DNA of 38,688 nucleotides from Methylococcales bacterium (GTDB lineage Bacteria; Pseudomonadota; Gammaproteobacteria; Methylococcales; Methylomonadaceae): NCBI GenBank assembly GCA_023134955.1, contig JAGLUC010000345.1, positions 1 to 38,688 of the forward strand, read 5' to 3'. Shown piece by piece: positions 1 to 12,000 of this stretch (position 1 is its first letter; each line of letters starts with the position of its first letter). The notes under the pieces were generated by a model. It saw only the letters and a program-made list of their open reading frames with translations, ran no database searches and was not told where the DNA came from. The position numbers and the translations under genes were made by a program.

Positions 1-1
1 T

Positions 2-3000
2 AATTTTAATTTGGCTCAATCTACCTTATCTGTTGATAGCAGTAGTTTTGGTTTTAGCGGTATAGAAAATCTTAATTTACAAGGTGGTGACAGCGGCAAT
101 ATCTTTACAATAGAAGATTGGACTGGGGGCTTTTCGATAACTGGCGGACTGGGAGAGGATTCACTGGTCGGTAGCAGTATTATAGATAACGACTGGGCTA
201 TTGATGGGCAGAATTCTGGGTTTCTAAACGACCAGTCTTTTTTGAGCATTGAGAGTTTATTTGGCGGTGCAGTTAATGATGACACCTTTACCTTTGAACA
301 GGCTGGCACGTTAAGTGGAGTTGTTGAAGGCGGAGATGCAGGCTACGATATTGTTGTTCTTGCCGGTACGTATGGAAATATTGACTACCAAGTTACAGGT
401 GAGCAGTCAGGTATTTTTGACTTAGATGGGGATATTCTCACCTTTGGGGGAATGGAGCCAATTATTGTAAACAGTGCGGGTACTTTTACCATTTCTGGTA
501 CCACGGGTGATGATAATGGTGTTAACTCGATTATCCTTGAAGATGTTAATGACTCAAGTGAGGTCACGATGCAGATATCGGGTCTCGGTGAAACAATTGC
601 ATTTCTTGATAACCCCATAGATAAACTGGTTATTAACGGGCTAGCCGGTAACGATACGGTTATCGTTGATTCAGTTGATTCAGCTTTTAATGCGGCACTT
701 GAAATCACCGCCGAAAGTATTCTTATCGAGGATACTGCAACAATTAATACAACCCACGATATTATTCTGATAGCTCTTGCCGATTCTGATTCGGGTATTC
801 AAACGGCTGAAATATTTATTGATGGTGACATCACTACGACGGGACACCTTAAATTAGCCGCACAAGTTGATAATGTAATTACCACTGCGAGTTTTTCTAG
901 TATATCAGAGATAACAGCATCATCAGCCCAAGCATTAGTGCGAGATGGTGCGTCTCTTGATGTCGGTACGCTGGAAATTACCGCACATACGAATGTTGAT
1001 ATTTCAGCGACACTTACGACTAACTCGCCACTTGCCTTGGTAACGATAGAGAGTACCCAAACAACGTATGCCGGTATTGCGGGTAATGTATCGGTCAAAG
1101 TAGGTTCTGGTTCAATTGGTGGCGTGCTTGGAAACCCAAGTTTATTGATTGAAGCAATTGATAGCTCTGAAATTGAAACTACGATTAACCATACAGCACT
1201 CGGTGCATTGCTGGGCAGTGCTTTAAATACAGGTTTTGACGCTTATATCAGCAGTATTGATATAAGCCGTGATACTCAAGCTTTTCTAGGGGATGGGTCG
1301 GGTACGATTAATAGTGTGCCTGTAGCACCATCAACGGGTTTAGTATGGGTTTATGCAGAAAATAAAGATGGTGCAAATGCCGGTATTGACGGAAAAGTAG
1401 AGTCTTTTCTTTTTGGCATGCATAGCAATACAGCCAGCAAAGACGATGTACTCGCTTTTGTTGATAATGCGCAGATGAACGTTGCTTCTTTGGAATTGAC
1501 GGCTAAAAATACCTCTAGCTACTCAGCAGACTCAAAAGTCTCTAGCAATAATGTTACCGGCCAAACCAAGGCTTATATTGTTGATAGTACAATTTCTGCA
1601 GCGCCTACATCGAATACGGATGGTGTCATTATTCTTGCTTCTGATACTGCATCTTACACGGCATTATCAGATGATTTTCAGGCTGATTTACTTGATTTTT
1701 CAACAATCGAATTTGGTAAAGCATCTGCTATTAACGAAGTAAACAAGCCAACTATGGCTTATATAAGTAATTCAGATGTTGATGTGACGGGCGGTGATGT
1801 CAGTGTAACTGCAATTAATAATGTCCAGCTTAGTGCCATAGCTAAGGCAGTAACAGTCATTGATAACAACGGAATTTTTGATACTTATTCCCTTAGTCTA
1901 GGAGGCACATTTGCAGCTAATGAATTATTCGGCAATGTCGAAGCCTATATTGCCGGTAGTACGATAGATGTTGCTGGTTCTGGTTCAGATGTGCTTATTA
2001 GTTCTACCAATACTACAGCTCTTGATGCCAGAGCGGAGGCGAGTACCAAAGCGACCGGTGGCTCAGGCTCCGCAGTAGGTATAACGGTTGCTTTCAACGC
2101 AATTGGCTGGGATGTAACTAACTTCCTGGGTGCTACGCTTGACACCTTGATTGGTACAGAACTGGCTACAACAGACCAGAGCATGCTCACATTGGCTTCA
2201 ATTAGCAACAGCACTGTTAACGCAGGTGGACAGGTTTCAGTAACAGCACTTTCTGAACAAGGTATTAATTCAACGGTTTCCAATGTGGCTGAATCTGTAG
2301 CTTCGGCACTCTTTGGTGCAAAAGGTATGGCGGTTGCAGGGATTGTTGCGAGTAACAGAGTTTCTAGCGCGGCTCGCGCTTATATAAAAGATAATGATGA
2401 TTCAGACGGAATGCCAACCGAGGTTATCGCAGGGGATCGTATTTCGGTTTCGGCTGAAGACAGTGCAGGTATATACTCAAACAGCAAGTTGGTATCTTCA
2501 TCAATCACCACCAATGACGGTGGTGCAGAGGTATTGCAGGACATAACTAACTTCTTCTTAAATGCGGATCATACTACGGATAATTTAGCTGTTACATTGG
2601 CCTTTGGAGACAGAGTGCGTTTGGCTGCTGACTACGCAGACGGAGGCAACGCAGGCAGTGTTTATGAATACCTCGGTCAAGATGGCTTTGATCCGACCGA
2701 TGCTGACATGAGCGAAACCGACCTAAGTGGCGTGGACTACTCAGACCTGGACTACTGGAAAGAAGTCTCAGAGACCCAGCTGATTCCACAAGGACTTAAT
2801 GTGACTGGCTCAGACTCCGTAGCCGTCGGCGGCATTGTTGTTGTCAATGATGTACGAGCAGGGGTTGAAGCGTATATAGATAATGCGACTGTCACCACCA
2901 GTAATGGCGATATTGCCTTAACTGCATTAGAGAACGCACAAATCAAAGCCACCGCTGACAGTACCGCAGAATCATCAGGCGGCAGTGCTTTTGGCACCGG

Positions 3001-6000
3001 TACATCCATCGCGGTCAATGCAACCATAGCCACCAATCTCGTACAAAGCACAGCCAGTGCACGAATTACCAACAGTATCGTACAAGCACAAGATAACACT
3101 CTTGATGAAGGCTTAGGCAATATCTCAATAGATGCACAGAACACAGCCATCTTAGAAGCCACCACCCTGATTTCAACAACAACTGGCGACACAGCCGTAG
3201 GCGCAGTATTAGCATTTAATACCGTAGGTTGGGAAGCACAAAATGTCCTGTTCAACACACTTGATGCACTGCTAGGAACCCCAATAGGAGTTGAAAATCC
3301 TGCAGCCGTTGAAGCATTAATAAAAGACTCAGACATACAGGCTGATGGCGACCTCACATTAATAGCTCAATCGACAGCAGCAATTACCGCAAAAGTCGGC
3401 AATGAAACCACAGCAGCAGCTTCTGCATTATTTGGCGCATCAGCAACCAGCTTTAGCGGCATTCTGTCAGCAAACCGGGTAAGTAGTGAAGCACAGGCCT
3501 ACATTGATAACACAGGCATCACACCCAATATAGTCGACCCAGATATTGAAATCAGGGGTGGTATTGCCATAAGCGCGAAAGATATGGCAGTCATAGGTTC
3601 ACAAACTCGCCTGCTTTCAACGACCTCATCCTCAAATGACGGAGGTACAGGCCTAGTTAATAGCCTGGCAAAAACCCTGCTAGATGGTTATCAATACACC
3701 ACCAACTCCGGCACTCAAATGCTGGACTTTGGCGACAAAGTTCGACTCACTGATGGTGTGGAATACACCGGTGGCGGAGAACCAGGTGTTGTCTACGAGT
3801 TTATGGGTGTAGATAGCACACAAATAATATTAGGAACAGAAGATTACAGCAACAAAGATTTCTGGAAAAAACTCAATGACGACAACATCATCCCAACCTC
3901 AATCGGTAAGACATTACTGAAAGAAGCGGGTGCAAAACTAGGGGGTGGTGCAGAAAGCATGAGCGGTCTCGTTTCACGTAATGATGTACGTAGCGATGTG
4001 GATGCATACATTGTTGCCGCAGTAGTGGAAGCAGCCGATGGTGATATTGTACTAACCGCATTAGAAGATGCAACCATCATAGCCAAGGACAGCAGTGAGG
4101 TTTCAGCCCTTGATGCGAAAGCAGGCGTAATTGTTAATAACCTCGTTCTCAGTGAAGCCGATGCAGCGATCAGAGACAGCCAAGTCACCGCACTGGATGT
4201 CTCCGGTGGGAATGGTAATATCAGTCTTGATGCTCGCAATACATCAACAATAGAAGCAACCGCACTAGGCTCAGTAAAAGGTAAGGAAGTCATCGGCTTT
4301 ACAGTGGCATTCAACACCATAGGCTGGCAAGCACAAGATTTATTAACACAAACAGTTGATGCCTTAATTGGTGCGCCACACATTGCAGAAGCAAGCGACC
4401 CAGTGGCCTTATCCAATGAAGCAGGTACACAGGATATTGGTTTTCGAGATGTAGTTGAGTTCGTTACTGGCTTTGGTACTGGAGACAACAATGGTGACCG
4501 CTACGAATTTCAAGGAACGGCAGAAGAAGGCGAAGGCTTAAATCTTGCCAATCAAGATTACACAGATACAACAAAATGGCGCAAACTCCTAGCTATTGAT
4601 GTCTTCGGTGGACTGCAACCTGCACGAGGACAAGCGTACACTCAAGACTCTGTCATTGTTGCAGACGGAGACCTGAGCTTAACAGCAATCTCAGCGGCTA
4701 ACTTAACAGCAACGTTGGGCAGCGAATCAAGCGCAATCAAAAAAACCGACTTTGCCATTCGAGCCAAATATGGCACCAGTGGTATGGGTGGCGGTGCATT
4801 ACTGGCAGGAAACAAAGTTAGCAGTGAAGCCAAAGCCTTTATCGACAACACAGGTATCACAACTGCTCCAGGTGTACTAAATATTGATGTGAACGGTGCA
4901 GTCACCATCAGTGCAGATGACACTGCGGGAATCCTGGCAGATATCGACTTAAAAGTAGAGTCATCCACTACAAGTACACTGGATGCGTTGAAAGGCGTAG
5001 CGGGTACGCTGGGTTTAGATGATTATGAATACACCATAGCATCCGGCACCAGAACAGTTGCGCCTGGTTTAGCTGAAGTCATCGCATCAGGGGAAGACCC
5101 TTTTGATCCAGCCAATGGATTTGCAGCACGACAATCAGGAGACCGCGTCTGGGTTTCGCAAGACTACATAGATAACAATGGACTTACCGCCTTATTAACA
5201 CAGGGTGTCTATGAATACACAGGGATAGAAGCAACGCTTGACCTAGGTGATCCAGCAAGTGCTGATTATACCAGTGGTGATTGGCATCGCCTGGCTCAAG
5301 CCGACTACGAAGACATCCTGTTTCCAGAAATTGGCAATGTAACCGACTCGGATTCACGGGCATTTGGTGGCCTGGTTGCAATGAACGATGTGCGCGGTGA
5401 CGTAGAAGCCTACATCACCAACGCAACGGTAGAAGCCGGTTCTATTGCCATGAGTGCAAAAGAAAATGCATTAATATCCTCGACAGCAACCAGCAACGTA
5501 TCCTCTTCAGGCGGCAGTGCATTTGGTACAGGTACCTCGTTAGCAGTAAACGGCCAGATAGTAACAAACCTAGTATTGAGTCATTCAAGAGCGTATATCG
5601 ATGACAGCACAGTTGGCACAACGGGTACGGGTGATATTGCGATAGATGCACAGAACACCTCAAGCATAGATGCAACACTTAACAGCTCAACACAGACTGG
5701 AGATACCGCAGTAGGCATTAGCCTGGCATTCAACTCCATAGGCTGGAAACCACAGAACGTACTGTTCAATGCAGTCGATACACTACTGGGCGACCCACTG
5801 ATCTCAGAAGCCTTTAATGGTGAAGACCCCGCACTAGTTGAATCATATATTCTTAACTCCGACATCAATGCTGGTGGTGATCTATTCATCACAGCGGATA
5901 ACAATACCCAGCTCAATGCCACCGTCAGCAATGCGGCATCATCGGAAGCCTCTGCGCTATTCAATGCAAGCGGAGCAGCGTACGGAGGTATTCTCGCCAG

Positions 6001-9000
6001 CAATAAAGTAAATAGTCAGGCACGTGCTTACATTGACAGAATGGGGGTAGCGACTGTTCATGCAGATGGCAATATCACCATTACAGCCGATGACAATGCC
6101 GGCATCTACTCCAACAGCAAGCTGGTATCCTCATCTATCACCACTAATGATGGTGGTGCGGCAGTTCTGCAGGAAACACTTAATGACTTATTGCCAGCAG
6201 AGTATACGGCAAGAAACACCCCAGAATCCGTCACCCTCGCTTTTGGCGATCGAATCCGGTTAGACGATGACTACGCAGGTGGAGGCAACGCAGGCAGTGT
6301 TTATGAATACCTCGGTCAGGATGGCTTTGATCCGACCGATAATGACACCAGCACTACCGACCTAAGTGGTGTGGACTACTCGGATCTGGACTACTGGAAA
6401 GAAGTCTCAGAGACCCAGCTGATTCCACAAGGACTTAATGTGACTGGCTCAGACTCCGTAGCCGTCGGCGGCATTGTTGTTGTCAATGATGTACGAGCAA
6501 GGGTTGAAGCGTATATAGATAATGCAACTGTCACCACCAGTAATGGCGATATTGCCTTAACTGCATTAGAGAATGCAACGATTATTGCTAATGTGGATAG
6601 TACGGCTTCTTCGTCTGGCGGAAGTGCTTTTGGCACTGGCACTTCGTTAGCAGTGAATGGTTCAATTGCGACAAATGTGATCCAAAGCTCCTCTAAAGCA
6701 TACATCATTGATAGTATGGTTACTGGTGGTGACCTTAGCGATTCGGATGGTAATGCATTTGGCAATATTGATATTAATGCCGCCAATACTTCTTTGCTAG
6801 AGGCTATTAATAAAAGTATGACTAGCAGTGGAGATACCGGTGTTGGTGTTGTCCTTGCTTTTAACTCCATTGGCTGGATGACCAGCAATGTTCTGTTTAA
6901 CAGTATAGATGCATTGTTAGGTGACCCACTAATATCCAGTGCATTTAATGGCGAAAGACCTGCTGAAGTTCAGGCTTTTATTCAAAACTCAACGGTTGAT
7001 GCAGATGGTAGCTTAGGTCTTAATGCCTTATCAAATGCTGTTATTAACTCAGAAATTAGTAATGAAACCACCTCCGCAGCATCTGCTCTTTTTGATGCGA
7101 CAGGTCTGGCAGTTGGTGCGATTTTGAGCAGTAACAAGGTGAGCAGTGAAGCACAGGCTTATATTGGTATTGCTGATCATCGTTCAGATAGTGGAACTTT
7201 GTGGGTAGAGCAAGGAGACCGGGTTAAACATGTCGGTGCAGTGTATGAATATAACGGTACAGAAGGTGCAATTAATCTTGCGGATAGTAGTCAAAATTAT
7301 GTGACTAATACAGCCGACTGGACTTCAGTCAGTGTTAATAATGATATTGATGCTGATGATGGACTTACAATTAATGCGGCTGATAATGCAACGATTCTCG
7401 CCGATAATTCACTCAAAGCATTATCAACAACAACTAATGACGGCGGCACTAGTATTTTGGCGGGGCACATTGAGAGTGCTCTCAATGAATATGGCTTTAC
7501 TACCAATTCGGGAACGCAGGATGTTTCAAATGGAAGTCTTGTTTATCTTGCCTCAGATTACACAGATGTGGGTGGTGCCGCTGCACAAACCGTGTATCGG
7601 TATAAAGGTGCTAGTTTAGAGTTAGATTTAGGCACTCAAAATTACGGAGATAGCAATGGTGATTGGGTTCTAATTGATCCTCTTGATCTTGAGTCATTTA
7701 CGCCACCAGGGGTTAATCTTAACGTCAGTTCTTCTGATTCTACGGCTATTGGTGGTTTAGTTGTACTTAATGATGTTCGTGGTTCAGTTGATGCATATAT
7801 AAATACAGCACAAGTTGATGTATCTACGTTTGTTTCAATTACAGCAACTGAAAATGCAAAAATTGATGCCCTGAATACCAGTGTTGCCAAAGCTGATGGT
7901 GGTAGTGCTTTTGTAGGGGGTAGTACTATTGCAGTTAATGCTGTTATTGCCACTAATTTAGTGCTGAGTGGGGCAAAAGCCTATATTGCTGACAGTAATG
8001 TAAATGCTATTTCGGGCGATGTTCAAGTACAGGCATTCAATACCGCTGAAATCAATGCCGTGATAGATAGCGAAACTACGGTAGAAGGCGGTGGCGATAG
8101 TTTTGCGATTGGTGTCACTCTGGCATTTAATTCCATTGGTATGAATTCACAGAATTTACTATTCAATACCATAGATGCGTTGTTTGGTACGGATATTGCC
8201 AATGAGAATCCTGTACAAGCCAGTGCGAAAATAATTAATTCTAATGTTGTTGCAGGTGGCAGTATTTTAGTTAATGCACGTTCCGAAATGGACATAGATG
8301 CAACCATGACAAATGCGGCTTTGGCAACTTCAGTCAGTTTGGAAGATAGTACTTCGGTGACTGTTGCTCCTATTGTTGCACTTAACCGTGGCAGTAGTGA
8401 GGCTTTGGCCAGTATTGAAAATTCAAATGAAGTAACGGCACAAAATGGCGATATTACTGTATCAGCCCAAGATATATCCGCTATTCATGCAGATGTGTCC
8501 GCTTCTTCAGCATCAATTGCTGTGAGTGCAGGTAAGTCAATTTCTGTTGCAGTTGCTACCTCATTTGCACGTAATCAACTTCGTTCTGTCGTGGATGCAG
8601 CTATTTTAGATTCAGGTTCGACAGCCACACCGGTTTCGGCACTTAATGGCGCAATTATTGTTAGCGCAGAGCGTAATGCCAGCATACATGCATCAAGTGT
8701 TGCCTCAGCATTGTCATTTTCTGCAAGTGGCGGTAGTGGTGTTGGTGTATCTGGAGGCGGGGCTGTAGCTATCAACCGTATTCTGGGAAGAACCGATGCC
8801 AGTGTGGAAAGAAGTGTTCTGATTGCAGATTCGGTAACCATTACGGCACAAAGTTCATCAGATATTGATGCAACTGTAGTAGCAGCTACTCTATCAGGTG
8901 CAATTAGTTTAGATGGTGGTACTGCAGTTGCAGTAGGTATTGCGGTAGCTGATAACTGGATTGGCTGGGATGATACTGCTGCTGCTGAGACATATGCAAG

Positions 9001-12000
9001 TGATCAAGTGCCTACAACGTTGGTAGCGAATGATGTTGTTAAAGTAGTAGAAGGTGGTCGACTAGGGGAGCACTACAAATATATTGGAGCAAACCAAACA
9101 GGTGGTGTTGATCTTTCGATTCAGGATTATGGTAATCCTTCACTATGGGAGCGTGTCGGTTTAAGTCGTGAAGGCTCAGAAACAGCAGCACATATGGATG
9201 ACAGTGCAATACTTAGCAGTATTGATGCAAAAGCTGATTTAACGATAGAAGCCAATGCAGAACAACTGATTATAGCAACCGTTTTTGCAGGGTCAATGGC
9301 TATTGGTGCGGGTAAAAATGGCGTAGGTGTTGCGGCCGGTGGGGTTTTTGCTCGCAACCGTATTGCTTCTGATCCTAGAGCTTATATTAGCGGCGATGAC
9401 AATGACAACGAAATAACGGTAGATAAAGCGACAATAACAGCTTATGACCGTTCAACTATTGATAGTTTTGCCGGTACAGCATCGATAGCAGGAGCTTTTG
9501 GCGGACAAAATGGAATTGCGGTATCAGTCGGTCTGACTATTGCAATGAATGAGATTTCTAATCAGGTGTCAGCTTATGTGTTTGATGCTGATTTGCATGT
9601 TAATGGATCTGATCATCAAGATGGTGTTCAAATTGGCGCATATGCAGGGGCAGCAAGTAACCATACGGTAGTTTCTCCGTCTGTGAATGCCGATGATCTT
9701 GATGATGCGGCTCAACAGGATATGGCTGAAGGCTCTAATGACACAGTTATACTTGATGCGACAGATGCCAGTGGGGATGTCACTATCATCAGTAATTTAC
9801 TGGCGGATCTGAACAGCCAATTAAGTATTGCTGAGCAAATATCAGGCAATATCAGTCTTTCTAAAATTAGCGATGATTTAGGCTGGGTTTTAGTTGATGA
9901 AAAAGGCCGGACTTTTAATCTAAATTTTAATGCATCAAATGATTTAGAGTTTAGTCGTGCATCAATTAATTCCGTTGCCCTTGCGGCATCATTGGCAGCG
10001 TCTTTTGGTGGCAGCTCCTCTGTAGCGGTTAGTGGTGCAGGTGCATACTCAGAAAATATTATCATAACAGCAACCAACGCCTATATTTCAGCAAGTGAAG
10101 TCGATAGTGTGGGTGATATTAGTATTACCGCTAATAATATCAGTTCCATTTCAGCCAATGTTATCGCCGCTTCTATGGCCGTCGGCGTAAGTGGTGGAAC
10201 AGGTGTCGGTGCATCTATAGGTGTTGCAATAGCAAGAAATTTTATCGGCATAGAGCGGGATGGCACAAACAGTGCCGCACTGGTTCAGACCTACACGGCT
10301 GCTTCCAATGTTTTTTCTGATGGCAACTTAACGCTTAATGCTCATTCAGATCAATCCATTCAAGCGGTAACTTTTGCAGGTTCAGTCGCAATAGCGGCTT
10401 CTGGTTCGGGTGCAATTAGTTTCTCCGGTTCTGGTGTCTATGTAGAGAATGTCGTTAATGTTGAGACACGGGCTTATATTGATGGAGACCGTAGTCCTGC
10501 TACTGGTAAAGCAATCAGTGCTGATAATATCACCATTGATGCAACGAATACCTCATCAATTTCTACATTCGCAGGTGCGGCATCAATTGCGGCTTCAGTT
10601 GGTAGTGCTTCTGTCGCTATATCTGTTGGCCTATCATTGGCTCAAAATGATATCGGCGGTGTTATTGAGGCTGCCATTCGTAACGTAGATGCAGGTGTGG
10701 AAGCGACAAATGGTGCAGTCACCATTAATGCAAAAGATGAGGCGGAAATAACAGTCACTTCTGCGGCAGCATCAATAGCTGCAGCGTTTGGTAGTGTAGG
10801 GGTTGCAGTATCAGGCGCAGGTGCTGAGGCAACTAATTATATAAATTCAGATACATCTGCACATATCACTGCATCTTCTGTTGATGCTACAGGTGATGTT
10901 AGTGTGGTCGCAGATGCGACTGGCGTTATTAGGTCGGCAGTAGTTGCCGCTTCTGCTGCGGTTGCTGTTGGTGCTACTGGTGTCGGTGCTTCAGTGGGTG
11001 TTGCGGTTTCACGTAATCTAATTGGCTACAAACAAGGTACGGCAGCGGCAATTTATGATACTTCGGACATAGCGGTTCCCTCTTTAACTAAAAATGTAAC
11101 GACAGTAGAAGTGCTTGAAGGCGCACGAGCAGGTGATGTCTTTAAATATATTGGTGATAGTGTTTCGGATGAAACTTATGACATGCGTAAACAGGACTTT
11201 TCCAATACTGATTTATGGGAGCAGATTAACCTAGAACAAGCGAATAAAGGTTCAATCGCATCAATTTACGACACTTCGGATACAGCTGTACCAGCATTAA
11301 CTAAAAATGTAACGACAGTAGAAGTGCTCGAAGGGGAACGAGCAGGTGATGTCTTTAAATATATTGGTGACAGTGTTGCGGCCGGAAGCTATGACATGGG
11401 TATACAGGACTTTTCCGATATTGATTTATGGGAACAGATTAACGTAGACAAAAATAGCAATAGTATTAAAGCCTTTTTACTTGATAGCTCAATTACTGCG
11501 GGTGGTGCATTGCTGGTTGATGCAAGTTCGACTCAATCAATTGATGCCTTAGCTTTTGCTGGTTCTGTGGCGGTAGCTGCTGGTTCGGTCGGTGTGGCGG
11601 TGTCAGGATCGGGTGTGGGGGTTGAAAACCGCATAGCAACAGATATTCATGCGTTTATTAGTGGTTCAGGTGTCAGTGGAATTAATGCTCAGTACATAAC
11701 TGTTAATGCTGATGATGACTCCAGCATTGATGCTTTCGGTGGAGCAGTTGGGGTATCAGCAGCATTCGGTGCTGTTGGTGTCGGTGTGGCCTTAGGGGTA
11801 TCAACCGTTATCAACGAAATAGCAAATGATGTTACGGCATTTATTAGCAATGCTGTAGATATAACAACAGATGGTGTGAACGGCTTAGGGCAGGGTGTTA
11901 CTGTTAGTGCATCATCCCCAGATCAAGAAATTCCTGACCTTGCCTTATCAAGTACTGGTTATACTGCTGCGGAATTAGATGATGCTGCTGGCGTTGAAAC

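Larger units (their letters stand above)
1900..8300 (+). repeat. Six large intragenic protein repeats (~365-475 aa) marked by an AFN[A/T/S][I/V]G[W/M] motif
   Basis: The motif Phe codon is at 2093, 3215, 4310, 5729, 6860 and 8126, with spacings of 374, 365, 473, 377 and 422 aa. Shared sub-motifs include SN[R/K]VSSEAxAxI, TTNDGG, GGxVxxNDVRxxVxAYI and SGGSAFG. Boundaries are approximate. Confidence 0.85.

Noticed and set aside
11..13. TTG at 11 as the start codon of the giant protein
   Set aside because: The frame is open to the window edge, no RBS is visible and the sequence begins mid-repeat, so the gene is most likely 5'-truncated.
8729..8736. GGCGGTAG resembling an RfaH ops element
   Set aside because: It lies deep inside the coding sequence (Gly-Gly-Ser codons) rather than in a leader and is explained by protein composition.
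2629..11443. Repeats considered as a CRISPR array, IS ends or a diversity-generating retroelement template/variable pair
   Set aside because: The repeats are long, in frame and coding. Mismatches are not adenine-specific, and no cas, transposase or reverse transcriptase gene is in the window.
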